DNA from: an uncultured Gammaproteobacteria bacterium
Lineage (GTDB): Bacteria; Pseudomonadota; Gammaproteobacteria; UBA9214
NCBI GenBank assembly: GCA_965544015.1
Contig: CBEULV010000001.1
Coordinates: forward strand, 1-43,200
DNA length: 43,200 nucleotides
Direction: 5' to 3'
In this document: one piece after another, positions 19,013 to 29,837 of the stretch
How positions within the stretch are numbered: the first letter of the stretch is position 1
How the letters are laid out: every line of letters begins with the position of its first letter
The notes under the pieces: model-generated
Told to the model about the DNA's origin: nothing
The model's database searches: none
Seen by the model: the letters and a program-made list of their open reading frames with translations, nothing else
Position numbers and translations under genes: made by a program

Positions 19013-19678
19013 TTATGTTCCCTTGCTGGCAATAACGGGTGTGTCCTGTTCCTGTTGGATCAGGTTGAGTTCGTTCCAGCGGTTGATGATGGCACAGAAC
19101 AGGTCGGCGGTGCGTTCCGTATCATAGATGGCTGAATGGGCCTTGTCGCTGTCCCAGCTAAAGCCGGCCGCTTGCACTGCACGTGCCAGTACCGTCTGGC
19201 CAAATGCCATGCCGGCCAGTGGGACGGTGTCGAAGGTGCTGAACGGATGAAACGGGTTGCGCTTGATGCCGGTACGGTCGACGGCGGCGTTGAGGAAAGA
19301 CAGGTCGAACGAGGCGTTGTGGCCGACCAGTACGGCACGGTTGCAGCCGGTCTCGCGAACCAGCTTCCGCACCGGCCTGAAAATCAGATCCAGTGCATCA
19401 TGCTCCGGTTTTGCCATGCGGAACGGGTTGTAGGGATCGATACCGGTGAAGGCCAGGGACTCCTCGTCGAGGTTGGCGCCGGCAAACGGCTCAACATGAC
19501 AGGCGATGGTTTCCCTGCGGCTGATGAAGCCTTCTTCATCCATGTCCAGGGTAACGGCGGCGATCTCCAGCAAGGCGTCGCGTTTGGCATTGAAGCCGGC
19601 GGTCTCCAGGTCCACTACGACCGGCAGGAAACCGCGAAAACGCGTCGCAATCGGTGCTTTTTCCTTGTTGCTGCTCAT
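19013..19678 (-). CDS. rnt: Ribonuclease T (DEDDh 3'-5' exoribonuclease)
   Basis: Contains [29 protein letters not shown] and [11 protein letters not shown]. The track start at 19705 is TTG. The ATG at 19678 ([16 protein letters not shown]) matches the usual RNase T N-terminal length. Confidence 0.85.
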   Translation of the reverse strand: MSSNKEKAPIATRFRGFLPVVVDLETAGFNAKRDALLEIAAVTLDMDEEGFISRRETIACHVEPFAGANLDEESLAFTGIDPYNPFRMAKPEHDALDLIFRPVRKLVRETGCNRAVLVGHNASFDLSFLNAAVDRTGIKRNPFHPFSTFDTVPLAGMAFGQTVLARAVQAAGFSWDSDKAHSAIYDTERTADLFCAIINRWNELNLIQQEQDTPVIASKGT

Positions 19679-19738
19679 CCAGACAGGATAAGGAAACTTG
19701 CGCAAAGACGCAAAGAAAAGCCTTAAGAAGGAGACCTT

Positions 19739-20111
19739 GCCACAGAGAACACAGAGAATACAGAAGGCAAAACAATTACGTCGTTTCAGCCCCCGCCTTC
19801 GCGGGGGCAGGCTTGCAGGCGCGATTTCAGAATAATAGCCACAGAGAACACAGAGAGAACAACAATTACGTCGTTCCCGCGAAGGCGGGAACCCAGCCCT
19901 GAAAAGTGAGTTGCAGGCAAGTTGTCTTCAAAAGTGCTATCCAGGTGCAATTCCTGCTTTTTTTGTCCCCTCTCCCCAACCCTCTCGGCAATTGCTCCAT
20001 GCATTGCTCTACCGCCTACATCCCTGTAGGCGTCCCTGAGGGAGAGGGGGTGGTAGCAATAGTCCTCTTCCGGAGGAAGAGGAAGTGGGTCTTCTCTGTG
20101 CCCTCTGTGGC
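19739..20111. repeat. Composite cluster of palindromic (REP/MITE-like) units bounded by inverted GCCACAGAG-type ends
   Basis: Direct copies of GCCACAGAGAACACAGAGA...AACAATTACGTCGTT start at 19739 and 19838. Each is followed by a 7-bp GC hairpin (19790-19807; 19874-19891). Inverted arms TCCCCTCTCCCC / GGGAGAGGGGG lie near 19967 and 20040. Further hairpins are at 20012-20031 and 20064-20082. An inverted terminal copy TCTCTGTGCCCTCTGTGGC is at 20093-20111. Confidence 0.6.
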
Positions 20112-20124
20112 AAATGTCTTGTAG

Positions 20125-21150
20125 TTAATCCCGAAGCCGCCAGTGCAGGGTCTGCCCTGCAAACATGGGGATAACGGTGGAATTCCCCAGCGGGTAACTG
20201 TCCGGTACCTGCCAGTCTGTTTTTTCCAGCGTGATGCTATCCGTGTTGCGCGGCAGGCCGTAGAAGTCTGCGCCGAAGTGGCTGGCGAAGCCTTCCAGTC
20301 GGTCCAGTGCGCCGGCCTGTTCAAAGGCATGGGCATATAGCTCGATGGCGGCATGCGCGGTGTAGATGCCGGCGCAGCCGCAAGCGGTTTCCTTATGTTC
20401 GCGCGCATGGGGGGCGCTGTCTGTGCCCAGGAATATCTTTTTGTTGCCGCTGACAGCCGCCTCGATTAGCGCCGCCCGGTGAGACTCGCGTTTCAGCACC
20501 GGCAGACAGTAGGCATGTGGCTGCAGGCCGCCGCTGAACATGGCGTTGCGGTTGAGCAGCAGGTGGTGCGCGGTAATCGTTGCCGCAATGTTGTCATCGC
20601 GCGATAGTACAAAATCAACCCCATCCCGGGTGGTCACGTGCTCCAGTACGATTTTCAATTCCGGGAAACGCCTGGCCAGCGGTTCCAGTATGCGGTCGAT
20701 AAACACGCGTTCGCGGTCAAACACGTCCACATCCCTGTCGGCAACCTCGGCATGTACCAGCAGCGGCAGGCCGTGTGCCTGCATGGCATCCAGTGCGTCC
20801 CAGGTGTTGCTGATTTCGGTAACTCCTTCGTCCGAGTGCGTGGTGGCACCGGCAGGGTAGAGTTTGACCGCGTGTATGCTGTCTGCCGCCGCATGGATGA
20901 CTTCTGCCGTGGTGTTGTCGGTCAGGTACAGCGTCATTAACGGCTCAAAGTCGTTGCCCGGCGGCAGCGCGGCCAGGATGCGTTCACGATAGGCGCTTGC
21001 CTGCGCAGCGGTTGTAACCGGTGGCTTGAGGTTCGGCATGATGATGGCGCGTGCAAACTGCCGGGCGGTATGTGCAATGACAGATTCCAGTGCGGCGCCG
21101 TCGCGCACATGCAGGTGCCAGTCGTCCGGGCGTGTCAGGGTCAGTTCCAT
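20125..21150 (-). CDS. pyrC: Dihydroorotase (homodimeric type)
   Basis: 341 aa. The N-terminus [14 protein letters not shown] carries the HxH metal ligands. Also [24 protein letters not shown] and FLGTDSAPH. Confidence 0.9.
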   Translation of the reverse strand: MELTLTRPDDWHLHVRDGAALESVIAHTARQFARAIIMPNLKPPVTTAAQASAYRERILAALPPGNDFEPLMTLYLTDNTTAEVIHAAADSIHAVKLYPAGATTHSDEGVTEISNTWDALDAMQAHGLPLLVHAEVADRDVDVFDRERVFIDRILEPLARRFPELKIVLEHVTTRDGVDFVLSRDDNIAATITAHHLLLNRNAMFSGGLQPHAYCLPVLKRESHRAALIEAAVSGNKKIFLGTDSAPHAREHKETACGCAGIYTAHAAIELYAHAFEQAGALDRLEGFASHFGADFYGLPRNTDSITLEKTDWQVPDSYPLGNSTVIPMFAGQTLHWRLRD

Positions 21151-22697
21151 GTGTTATCCAGCAGTGCCTGTTGCAGCAGCAGGTTAAGTGTATAACGTAC
21201 GCCAAAGCCGGTAGTATCGGTCGGGATGTGCCCAAGCCCGCCCTTGTGATGACTGGCTGCCAGGTCCACGTGTATCCAGTCGATGCTCTCGTCGACAAAG
21301 CGCTGCAGGAAACGTGCGGCCAGGATATGGTCGGCTTCGCCATCCAGCGTGCATTGCAGGGTGTCGGCAATGTCGGACTTCAATGCCTCGTCAAAGTCTT
21401 CATCGAGCGGAAACGGCCACACGCGCTCGCCGCTGTCACGTCCTGCGTTGATCAGTACGGCATGCAGGGAATCACGATTGCTGAACACGCCACTGTAGCG
21501 TGAGGACAGGGAATAGATGCAGGCGCCGGTCAGTGTCGCGTAATCGATCATCACGGCCGGCTTGTCCCGGCTGGCCAGCGCCAGTGTGTCTGCAAGCACC
21601 ATGCGGCCTTCGGCGTCGGTGTGTTTTACCTCGATGCTGGTACCGTTACATGCGGTGACCACGTCATTGGGTTTGTAGGCGCGGCTGCCAACGTGGTTCT
21701 CGGCCAGTGCCAGCCAGCAGTCGATCGGAAAATCCACCTTGAGACGCGTTAGCGCCAGCAGTGTGCCCAGCGCCACGGCACTGCCCTGCATATCCTCGTG
21801 CATGCCGTTCATGTACTTTGCCGGTTTGATGTTGACGCCGCCGGTATCAAAACAGATGCCTTTGCCGACCAGCGCCAGTTTCCTGCGCCTGCTGTTTGGC
21901 GGGCGGTAGCGCAACTGCACGATGCCGGCATCCGGCGTGGGACTGCCCTGGCACACGGCGAGAAATGCGCCGGCCTTTTTTCTTTGTAGCGCCTTGCGGT
22001 CGAGGAACTGCATTTCCCAGCCTTCCTGTTTGGCCAGCGTGCTGACGAATGCCTGGTAGATACCCGGGGTGAGCTCGTTGGGCGGCAGGGCCGACAACCA
22101 GCGTGCAAGATGATTGCCCATGCTTTCTGCCTGCAGTGCCGACAGGTCGGCTGTCTCGGTGCAACCATAGACGTTAATGCGCTTCAGCCGGGCGACCTTC
22201 CCGGGTTTTGACTTGTAATCCGGCATCGGGCAAGCCGCTGCCAGCAGCGCGGCAATCAGGTTGTCACGCAGCTGGCCGTCATGTGGTGGTTTGAACCCGG
22301 CGAGTTGCAGTCCCACTGTGCCCGGGTCTTGCTTGCGTACCTCCGCGGCCAGCTTGCGGGCGCGGGTCAGGCTGGCAAAGCTGCCGCTGTCCGGCTTGAT
22401 CGCCAGCAGCATGACGCGGGTGCCTGCCTTGTTGGGCAGGTCAGTCACCAGACAGTCGCTGTCGTGGTCACGGCGCCGCAGCTGTTGCCAGCGTGACTTG
22501 AGCAGTTGACCGTGCGGCAGACGTTCCCAAACCGCCTTGCCGGGTTTGTGCGGTACCACCATAACCAGTACGGCAATACGCTCCGCCGCTGTCGCGGTGA
22601 GGTCTTTTATTTGTTGATTTAACTTGATTTTCTCGGTGTGGCGGTAGGGTATATCCATACTATTTGCCTTGACCTGTTCGCGTAAAACACTGATCAT
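21141..22697 (-). CDS. M17-family leucyl aminopeptidase-like protein
   Basis: 518 aa. Contains [24 protein letters not shown] and [12 protein letters not shown]. Its stop overlaps the pyrC start by 10 nt. Confidence 0.8.
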   Translation of the reverse strand: MISVLREQVKANSMDIPYRHTEKIKLNQQIKDLTATAAERIAVLVMVVPHKPGKAVWERLPHGQLLKSRWQQLRRRDHDSDCLVTDLPNKAGTRVMLLAIKPDSGSFASLTRARKLAAEVRKQDPGTVGLQLAGFKPPHDGQLRDNLIAALLAAACPMPDYKSKPGKVARLKRINVYGCTETADLSALQAESMGNHLARWLSALPPNELTPGIYQAFVSTLAKQEGWEMQFLDRKALQRKKAGAFLAVCQGSPTPDAGIVQLRYRPPNSRRRKLALVGKGICFDTGGVNIKPAKYMNGMHEDMQGSAVALGTLLALTRLKVDFPIDCWLALAENHVGSRAYKPNDVVTACNGTSIEVKHTDAEGRMVLADTLALASRDKPAVMIDYATLTGACIYSLSSRYSGVFSNRDSLHAVLINAGRDSGERVWPFPLDEDFDEALKSDIADTLQCTLDGEADHILAARFLQRFVDESIDWIHVDLAASHHKGGLGHIPTDTTGFGVRYTLNLLLQQALLDNTWN

Positions 22698-22838
22698 ATC
22701 GCGCTTGTTGTGTTTCGGGTACCACCGTTCTCTTCAGTATTCAGCGGGGCGGCGTCAATATGGGTATTCGAAGCCGGTAATCAACGACCGGAACCGGCGG
22801 CAAGCAAGCCGGGATTCCGCCACAACCATCATGGATCC

Positions 22839-23831
22839 ATGAAAGACGCTGACAAGAAACGCCTGCTAAGAGAGATGCTGTTTGCGCGCCGCTTCGAAGA
22901 GCGCTGCTATGAGGCTTACGTGGAACGCAATATTGGTGGTTTTCTCCACCTGTATCCCGGTGAGGAGGCTTGCGCACATGGCGTGCTGGAAGCGGCCCGG
23001 GTCGGGCACGATTACGTGATCACCAGCTATCGTGATCACGTCCACGCCATCAAGTCCGGTTCCGACCCGCGCGCGGTGATGGCGGAACTGTTCTCCAAAG
23101 AGACCGGCGTCAGCAAGGGACGTGGCGGTTCCATGCACATCTTCGATGTGAAGCACCGCTTCATGGGTGGCTATGCACTGGTCGGTGGGCCGTTCCCGCT
23201 CGCTGCCGGTATTGCCAAGGCGATCCGGCTGCAGGGCGGTGACGAGATCTGTATCTGTTTCCTCGGTGATGCGGCCAACAACCAGGGGACGTTTCACGAA
23301 TCGCTTAACATGGCTGCATTGTGGAATTTGCCGGTGTTGTATGTGTGTGAGAATAACCTGTATGGCATCGGTACCCGCATCGATCGTTCCACCGCCGTGG
23401 TCGACCAGTACAAGCGCGTGGCGGCCTACAATATTCCCTCGGCGCAGGAGAACGGACAGGATGTCGAACTGGTCCACAAGGCGGCCGTCAAGGCCATCAA
23501 GCACGTGCGCAGTGGCAAGGGACCGTACTTCCTGGAACTGATGACCTATCGATACCGGGGTCACTCCATGTCCGACTCCAATGCCTATCGTGCCAGGACC
23601 GAGGAACGCATGTGGAGCAAGCGTGACCCGGTCATCATGCTGCGTGATCGGCTGATCGATGCCGGCAAGCTGACACTGAAGGAATTCAAGGATATGGACA
23701 CCAAAATCCTTGACGAGATCGAGGACGAGGTAATCCGGTTCGCTGCCGAATCCCCCGAGCCGCACATCGCGGATGTGGAGAAATACGTGCTGGCCGAGAA
23801 TGACCCATGGGTCAGGGGTGGGGCAGGATAA
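22839..23831 (+). CDS. pdhA: 2-oxoacid (pyruvate/acetoin-type) dehydrogenase E1 component, alpha subunit (TPP-binding)
   Basis: Contains FEERCYEAYVERNIGGFLHLYPGEEA and GDAANNQGTFHESLNMAALWNLPVLYVCENNLYGIGT. Start moved to MKDADKKRLL (ATG 22839). The 43 upstream codons of the track ORF look non-coding. The stop overlaps the pdhB start (TAATG). Confidence 0.85.
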   Translation: MKDADKKRLLREMLFARRFEERCYEAYVERNIGGFLHLYPGEEACAHGVLEAARVGHDYVITSYRDHVHAIKSGSDPRAVMAELFSKETGVSKGRGGSMHIFDVKHRFMGGYALVGGPFPLAAGIAKAIRLQGGDEICICFLGDAANNQGTFHESLNMAALWNLPVLYVCENNLYGIGTRIDRSTAVVDQYKRVAAYNIPSAQENGQDVELVHKAAVKAIKHVRSGKGPYFLELMTYRYRGHSMSDSNAYRARTEERMWSKRDPVIMLRDRLIDAGKLTLKEFKDMDTKILDEIEDEVIRFAAESPEPHIADVEKYVLAENDPWVRGGAG

Positions 23832-24811
23832 TGGCCGAGATTATGGTATGGGAGGCCATCCTGCGCGCCCATGACGAGGAACTTGCCAATGATCCCATGG
23901 TAATTGCCATGGGTGAGGATATCGGTGTAGTTGGCGGCACCTACAAGGCCACCCTTGGCTTGCATGACAAGTACGGTGAGGAGCGCATCATCGACACACC
24001 GATTTCCGAGAATGGCTTTACCGGTCTCGGTATCGGCGCATCCTTTCTCGGTGTGCGGCCGATCATTGAAATCATGTCGGTGAATTTTTCCTGGCTGGCG
24101 ATGGACCAGATGTTCAATACCGCCGCCAAGGTGCGCTACATGTCCGGTGGCCAGCTGCAGGCGCCGATCGTGGTGCGCTCGCCTGGCGGTACTGCCCATC
24201 AGCTTGGCTCACAGCATTCCGCGCGCATGGAGAAGGTATTCATGGGTATTGCCGGTCTGCGCGTGGTCACTCCGTCCAATCCGCGCCAGGCCTACGGGTT
24301 GCTGAAGTCCGCGGTGCGTTGTAATGACCCGGTGTTCATTTATGAACATGAACTCATGTACAACATGAAGGGCACGGTGCCGGAAGAGGAATATTTTCAC
24401 CCGCTGGAAGGTTCCGAGGTTGCACGTGAGGGACGTGATATCACGCTGTTTGGCTATAACATATCGGTGCACTGGTGTTTGCAGGCGGCGGAACTGCTGT
24501 CGAAATATCATGGTATCGAGGCGGAGGTGGTCGATCTGTATGCATTGAGCCCGCTCGACCGTGCCGGTATCCGTAACTCGGTCAGCAAGACGCATCGTGC
24601 CGTCATCGTGGAAGAGGCCGAGCCGGCCGTGGGTGTCGGAGCGGAAGTGATGGCAATCATCAATGAGGAATGTTTTTTTGAGCTGGACGCCGCTCCGGTG
24701 CGCGTGTCTGCGCTGAACGTGCCGATTCCATACAACCACGCGTTGGAAAAGACAGCGTTGCCGGATGCAAATAATGTAGTCGAGGCCGTGCGCAAGATAT
24801 TTGGTATTTAG
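23831..24811 (+). CDS. pdhB: 2-oxoacid dehydrogenase E1 component, beta subunit
   Basis: Contains MAEIMVWEAILRAHDEEL, IDTPISENGFTGLGIGASFLGVRPI and SPGGTAHQLGSQHS. The start at 23831 is coupled to the pdhA stop. Confidence 0.9.
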   Translation: MAEIMVWEAILRAHDEELANDPMVIAMGEDIGVVGGTYKATLGLHDKYGEERIIDTPISENGFTGLGIGASFLGVRPIIEIMSVNFSWLAMDQMFNTAAKVRYMSGGQLQAPIVVRSPGGTAHQLGSQHSARMEKVFMGIAGLRVVTPSNPRQAYGLLKSAVRCNDPVFIYEHELMYNMKGTVPEEEYFHPLEGSEVAREGRDITLFGYNISVHWCLQAAELLSKYHGIEAEVVDLYALSPLDRAGIRNSVSKTHRAVIVEEAEPAVGVGAEVMAIINEECFFELDAAPVRVSALNVPIPYNHALEKTALPDANNVVEAVRKIFGI

Positions 24812-24829
24812 GATCTTTTAAAAAGATTT

Positions 24830-24904
24830 GCCACAGAGATCACAGAGCACACAGAGGCCGACGCAGCCGGGTTTTAGTTCTGTGCCCTCTGTGTTCTCTG
24901 TGGC
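24830..24904. repeat. 75-bp imperfect palindrome of the GCCACAGAG repeat family, inside the E1-E2/E3 operon
   Basis: Left arm GCCACAGAGATCACAGAGCACACAG. The reverse complement of the right arm is GCCACAGAGAACACAGAGGGCACAG. About 25-nt loop. Same terminal motif as the 19.7-20.1 kb cluster. Confidence 0.6.
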
Positions 24905-24935
24905 TGAAATAAATTATTGGCTGGATACTTAAAAT

Positions 24936-27581
24936 ATGGCTGAACCCTATGTAATCAAGATGCCCCAGCTCTCCGACACCATGACGGAAGGTGTCATTGT
25001 CAGCTGGGAAAAGAATATTGGTGACGCGGTCAAGCGCGGCGACATCGTGGCCACGGTCGAAACCGATAAGGCCGTGATGGACGTGGAAGTATTCCGTGAC
25101 GGCTATCTTTCCGGGCCGGCTGCGCCTGTCGACGCCGTGGTGCCGGTCACGCATCCGATTGCCTACCTGGTGGAAGAAAAAGCCGATGTTGACGACAGCG
25201 AGGCAAAGGCTGTCGTACAGTCCGTGGCCGAGACCACGGCCCGGGCAGCTGCCACGGCTGCTACATCCGCAATACCCGCGCCAGTGCCGGGTAGCGCACC
25301 CATGCCACGGCCACAGGGTAACAAGGCTTCGCCGCTGGCGCGCAGACTGGCGACGGAAACGGGTACCGATATTGATCGCATCAGCGGTTCCGGCCCGGGC
25401 GGCGTGGTGACGGCGTCAGATGTGCAGCGTGCCCCGGCACCATTTGAAGTTGCCGTGCCCGGTAATGGTCGTCCGATGAAATCCATGGAAAAGGCGATTT
25501 CGCGTGCCATGGCTTCCTCGATCTCGATGCCGACTTTCCGGGTTACCTCGCATATCCACCTGGAAGGCCTGATCAGCGCAGCCAAGGCCGCCGGTATTTC
25601 GGTGACCGTGGCAATAGCCAAGGCCTGCGGACAGGCCATTGCCAGCCATCCGAAGATGAACTGGTGCTACCAGCCGGATGACAAGCTGATCGAGCGCAGC
25701 CAGGTAGACATCGGCATGGCGGTGGCAGCCGATGACGGCGGACTGGTGGTGCCGATCCTGCGTGATTGTGAAACACGCGAGTTGCCCGAGTTGAACACGG
25801 ACTGGAAGGACCTGGTGGCGCGGGCGCGCAGCCGGCACCTCAACCCGGAGGAATTCACCGGCGCGACATTCCAGATTTCCAATATGGGCATGTTCGATAT
25901 CAGTTACTTCGATGCCATCGCCACGCCGGGCCTGGCCGCGATCCTGGCGATCTCGTCGAACACGGAGAAGGGCAGTGCATTTACCATTACGGCCGACCAT
26001 CGCGTCGTCAACGGCGCCGATGTTGCGCTGTTCCTGAGTACCCTCAAGGAACTTGTCCAGCAACCGGCCGACTGGATGGGGCCGGGTGGCCAGGCCATCC
26101 CGGAAGGCGACTGGGACTATGATGTGGTCGTCATCGGCGGCGGACCGGGGGGCGAAGACTGCGCGCGCGACCTGGTGGCACACCGGCTGAAGGTCGCGCT
26201 GGTCAACGATGCACCGTTCCCGGGTGGCGAGTGCCTGTGGCGCGGTTGTATTCCGTCCAAGGCCTGGCGTGCCGCGGCCGACCGCATGCGTGATCGCGCC
26301 GGCGACGCGCAGCTTGGCGTGACCGGCACCGACAAAGCGAAGCTGGTATGGAAAGACCTCGAACAACATCGCCGCAAGGTGCTGGAGACACGGGGCGAGA
26401 TGGCGCTCAAGACCGACAAGGGTGTGCGCATCGACTATCTGCAGGGATTTGGCCAGTTTGTGGATGCACACACACTGGCTATTAATACGTCTACCAACAG
26501 CAACGACCCGCATGCACGTGCACGGATACCGGAAGACAGGGCCGGAAAGGCCGTTACCTTCGGCTGCGCGGTGATCGCCACCGGTGCGCCGCCATTTGTT
26601 CCGCCGATTCCCGGTGCACAGGAAGGACTCGACAGTGGTGGTGTGCTGACCTCCGATACCGTATGGGCGCTGGATGCGCCACCGAAGAAACTTGCTGTTA
26701 TCGGTGGTGGTGCGATCGGCGTCGAGATGGCGCAGATCTTTCATGACTTTGGCGCCCGTGTCACGCTGCTGGAGGCGCAAGCGCGCATCCTTGCCGAGGT
26801 CGAGCCGGAGATCGCGAAAACCACGGCCGGGATCCTTGCCGATGAAGCGCGACTGGATGTGCTGACTGGCGCCGCAGTCAATAAAATCAGCGGTACGCCA
26901 GGGGCCATGAAGCTGGCCTATACCGATGCCGATGGCAAGAAGCGTAAGCTCACCGTGGATTACGTCATCATGGCAACCGGCAAGCGGCCGGTGCTGACCG
27001 GTCTCAATCTGGAAGCCGCCGGTGTTGCCAGTGAGCGCAGCATCGTCACGGCCGACAGCCGTTGTCGTACCAGTGTGCCGCATATCTTTGCCGTGGGTGA
27101 TGTGATTGGTGGCTTGATGCTTGCGCATACCGCGGCACAGCAGGGGCGGGTTGCGGCGGCAACTATCCTGGGCGAGAACATGCAGTATGACCAGAGCAAG
27201 GACTGTGGTGTGATCTTCTCGCGTCCGCAGGCAGCCTTCGTCGGCCTGTCCGTTGAACAGGCAAAGGCGCGGGGCATGGATGTGGCCGAGGTGAAGGTGC
27301 CGATGAACATCGACGCCAAGGCAATGATCAACAATGAAACGCATGGCATGATCAAGATTGTGGCGGACAAGGCAACGCACCGCGTGGTGGGTGTGCACTT
27401 CCTGGCCGATCATGCCGACACGCTGATCGGCGAGGCGGTCATGATGGTTGCAGCCGACATGACACTGGAGCAGGTGGGCGAGGCGATCCATCCGCACCCG
27501 ACCCAGACCGAACTGTTTGGTGACATGGCGCGACGCCTGCTGTCACGCCTGCGTCGCAGCAAGAAAAGGGCAAAGGCATAA
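24936..27581 (+). CDS. Fused E2-E3: lipoyl domain + E3/E1-binding domain + acyltransferase catalytic domain + dihydrolipoyl dehydrogenase
   Basis: Single 881-aa ORF. Lipoyl domain with [11 protein letters not shown] (Lys45). Ala/Pro linker. PSBD segment [32 protein letters not shown]. Catalytic core ending [10 protein letters not shown]...[11 protein letters not shown] (about aa 381). Then [17 protein letters not shown], the redox disulfide [13 protein letters not shown], the NAD fold [13 protein letters not shown] and the C-terminal HPHPTQTE, all typical of E3. Confidence 0.85.
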   Translation: MAEPYVIKMPQLSDTMTEGVIVSWEKNIGDAVKRGDIVATVETDKAVMDVEVFRDGYLSGPAAPVDAVVPVTHPIAYLVEEKADVDDSEAKAVVQSVAETTARAAATAATSAIPAPVPGSAPMPRPQGNKASPLARRLATETGTDIDRISGSGPGGVVTASDVQRAPAPFEVAVPGNGRPMKSMEKAISRAMASSISMPTFRVTSHIHLEGLISAAKAAGISVTVAIAKACGQAIASHPKMNWCYQPDDKLIERSQVDIGMAVAADDGGLVVPILRDCETRELPELNTDWKDLVARARSRHLNPEEFTGATFQISNMGMFDISYFDAIATPGLAAILAISSNTEKGSAFTITADHRVVNGADVALFLSTLKELVQQPADWMGPGGQAIPEGDWDYDVVVIGGGPGGEDCARDLVAHRLKVALVNDAPFPGGECLWRGCIPSKAWRAAADRMRDRAGDAQLGVTGTDKAKLVWKDLEQHRRKVLETRGEMALKTDKGVRIDYLQGFGQFVDAHTLAINTSTNSNDPHARARIPEDRAGKAVTFGCAVIATGAPPFVPPIPGAQEGLDSGGVLTSDTVWALDAPPKKLAVIGGGAIGVEMAQIFHDFGARVTLLEAQARILAEVEPEIAKTTAGILADEARLDVLTGAAVNKISGTPGAMKLAYTDADGKKRKLTVDYVIMATGKRPVLTGLNLEAAGVASERSIVTADSRCRTSVPHIFAVGDVIGGLMLAHTAAQQGRVAAATILGENMQYDQSKDCGVIFSRPQAAFVGLSVEQAKARGMDVAEVKVPMNIDAKAMINNETHGMIKIVADKATHRVVGVHFLADHADTLIGEAVMMVAADMTLEQVGEAIHPHPTQTELFGDMARRLLSRLRRSKKRAKA

Positions 27582-27582
27582 T

Positions 27583-28809
27583 ATGTCAGACATAAAAAAA
27601 GTCGTGCTCGCCTATTCCGGCGGGCTGGATACCTCGGTCATCCTCAAGTGGCTGGAGCAGGTCTATCACTGCGAGGTGGTAACCTTTACCGCCGATGTCG
27701 GCCAGGGGGAGGAGATTGAACCGGCGCGCGCCAAGGCCAAGGCCATGGGCGTCAAGGAAATCTATATCGAGACGCTGCGCGAGGAATTTGCGCGTGATTT
27801 TGTTTTCCCGATGTTCCGGGCCAACACAATTTATGAAGGTGAATACCTGCTCGGTACTTCCATTGCACGCCCGCTGATTGCCAAGCGGCTGGTGGAGATC
27901 GCGCACGAGACCGGCGCCGACGCCATTGCCCACGGTGCCACCGGCAAGGGCAATGACCAGGTGCGTTTTGAGCTCGGCGCCTATGCCCTGAACCCGGATA
28001 TCAAGATCATTGCGCCGTGGCGTGAATGGGATCTGACCTCGCGTGAGAAACTGCTTGCCTATGCCGAACAGCATGACATCCCGGTCGAGCACAAAAAAGG
28101 CAAGAAATCACCGTACTCCATGGATGCCAACTCGCTGCATATCTCCTACGAGGGTGGCATTCTCGAGGATCCGTGGGCGGAACCTGAAGAGGATATGTGG
28201 TTGTGGACGGTTGCGCCGGAGCAGGCGCCGGACAAGCCCGTCTATGTCGAAATTACCTTTGAGCGCGGTGATGCGGTTGCCATCAATGGCAAGTCCACCA
28301 GCCCGGGACGGGTGATGGAGATCCTTAATCAGCTCGGTGGTGAGAACGGTGTCGGCCGTTCGGACATCGTCGAGAACCGCTATGTCGGCATGAAGTCGCG
28401 CGGTTGCTATGAGACACCGGCCGGTACCATCCTGTTGAAGGCGCATCGGGCCATGGAGTCGCTGACACTGGATCGCGAGGCGGCACACCTGAAGGACGAA
28501 CTGATGCCGCGTTACGCCAGCATGGTGTACAACGGTTACTGGTGGAGCCCGGAGCGCAGGTTGTTGCAGGAACTGATCGATGCATCGCAGGAGCATGTCA
28601 ACGGAACGGTGCGACTCAAGCTCTACAAGGGTAATGTCGTCGTGGCTGGACGCAAATCCGACACCGACAGCCTGTTCGACGAGCGTATCGCCACCTTCGA
28701 GGACGACGCCGGCGCCTATGACCAGAAAGATGCGGAAGGCTTTATCAAGCTGAATGCCCTGCGTATGCGTATTGCCGCCGGCCGCAGGAAGCCGGACCGT
28801 CGCAAGTGA
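27583..28809 (+). CDS. argG: Argininosuccinate synthase
   Basis: Contains [19 protein letters not shown] (ATP PP-motif), [15 protein letters not shown] and [16 protein letters not shown]. Start moved from 27517 to ATG 27583, 1 nt after the E2-E3 stop. Confidence 0.95.
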   Translation: MSDIKKVVLAYSGGLDTSVILKWLEQVYHCEVVTFTADVGQGEEIEPARAKAKAMGVKEIYIETLREEFARDFVFPMFRANTIYEGEYLLGTSIARPLIAKRLVEIAHETGADAIAHGATGKGNDQVRFELGAYALNPDIKIIAPWREWDLTSREKLLAYAEQHDIPVEHKKGKKSPYSMDANSLHISYEGGILEDPWAEPEEDMWLWTVAPEQAPDKPVYVEITFERGDAVAINGKSTSPGRVMEILNQLGGENGVGRSDIVENRYVGMKSRGCYETPAGTILLKAHRAMESLTLDREAAHLKDELMPRYASMVYNGYWWSPERRLLQELIDASQEHVNGTVRLKLYKGNVVVAGRKSDTDSLFDERIATFEDDAGAYDQKDAEGFIKLNALRMRIAAGRRKPDRRK

Positions 28810-28840
28810 TTTCATTACTACCGCCCGGAAGCCGCGACCC

Positions 28841-29350
28841 ATGTTCGTTCAGCTGATTACCTTGATACCGAGGCGCCTGTTCAACCTTGCCGGCTTCCTG
28901 TTCTGTGCGGCGTTGCTCGGTTACGCATATTATGTGCAATTCAACCAGGGACTGGATCCCTGTCCGCTGTGCATCTTCCAGCGTGTCGCTTTTCTCGCCA
29001 CCGGTTGTGTGTTCCTGCTGGCCGCCATTCACAATGCGAGCCGCATCGGCAGCCGTATCTATGCTGTGTTGATTGCACTGGCTGCGCTGAGTGGGGCGGC
29101 GATTGCCGGTTGGCATGTCCGTCTGCAGCACCTGCCGCCGGATCGGGTGCCGGAGTGCGGCCCGGGCCTGGATTACATGCTGGAGGTGTTTTCCTTCTCG
29201 GAAACACTTAAAAAGGTGTTCACCGGTTCCGGTGAATGTGCCGAGGTGAGCTGGCAGTTTATCGGGCTGAGCATGCCGGTCTGGGCGTTTTTGTGTTTCA
29301 TCGGCCTGGCGGTCGGTGGATTCAGTCGTAACTGGCTGTCCAGAGACTGA
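28841..29350 (+). CDS. dsbB: Disulfide bond formation protein B
   Basis: Start at [12 protein letters not shown] (ATG 28841). First Cys pair in [11 protein letters not shown]. Second periplasmic loop has PECGP...GECAE. Four predicted TM segments. Confidence 0.85.
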   Translation: MFVQLITLIPRRLFNLAGFLFCAALLGYAYYVQFNQGLDPCPLCIFQRVAFLATGCVFLLAAIHNASRIGSRIYAVLIALAALSGAAIAGWHVRLQHLPPDRVPECGPGLDYMLEVFSFSETLKKVFTGSGECAEVSWQFIGLSMPVWAFLCFIGLAVGGFSRNWLSRD

Positions 29351-29376
29351 GCGGTTACCAACAGGAGAGCCGGCCT

Positions 29377-29763
29377 ATGCGTCTGCTGCATACCATGTTA
29401 CGGGTCGGCAATCTCGAACGGTCCATCGAGTTCTATACGCATGTGCTTGGCATGCAATTGCTGAGACAGAAGGATTACCCGGAAGGCCGGTTTACGCTGG
29501 CATTCGTCGGTTACGGTGACGAAAAAGACAACACGGTAATCGAATTGACGCATAACTGGGATACCGACAGCTATGACCCGGGCAAGGGCTTCGGTCATAT
29601 TGCAATCGAGGTCGATGACGTCTACCAGGCGGTAGATGCACTGCGCGAGCGCGGTGGCAAGGTGATCCGCGAGGCCGGGCCGATGAACGCCGGTAACACG
29701 ATTATCGCCTTTGTCGAAGATCCGGATGGCTATGCCATCGAGTTGCTGGGTAAAAAGTCCTGA
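29377..29763 (+). CDS. gloA: Lactoylglutathione lyase (glyoxalase I)
   Basis: 128 aa. Contains [37 protein letters not shown] and [24 protein letters not shown] at 29361-29368. Confidence 0.95.
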   Translation: MRLLHTMLRVGNLERSIEFYTHVLGMQLLRQKDYPEGRFTLAFVGYGDEKDNTVIELTHNWDTDSYDPGKGFGHIAIEVDDVYQAVDALRERGGKVIREAGPMNAGNTIIAFVEDPDGYAIELLGKKS

Positions 29764-29837
29764 AGGCCTGGCCGGCTGCACTGACAGAGGCTGTAGCGCC
29801 CTGAAGCCATCCTCATCATCTAATTACGGAACATGCC

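Noticed and set aside
19739-19891. Possible CRISPR array, because of direct repeats with GC hairpins
   Set aside because: There are only two direct copies, of unequal length, about 99 nt apart. There are no cas genes or regular spacer periodicity. The features fit REP/MITE-like elements better.
22866-23765. 299-aa minus-strand ORF
   Set aside because: Antisense to pdhA (TPP-binding motif on the plus strand). No recognisable domain.
25416-27497. 693-aa minus-strand ORF, the longest alternative ORF in the window
   Set aside because: Fully antisense to the E2-E3 fusion. It is His/Arg/Gly-rich with no motif, whereas the plus frame contains lipoyl, PSBD, DHR and CxxxxC signatures.
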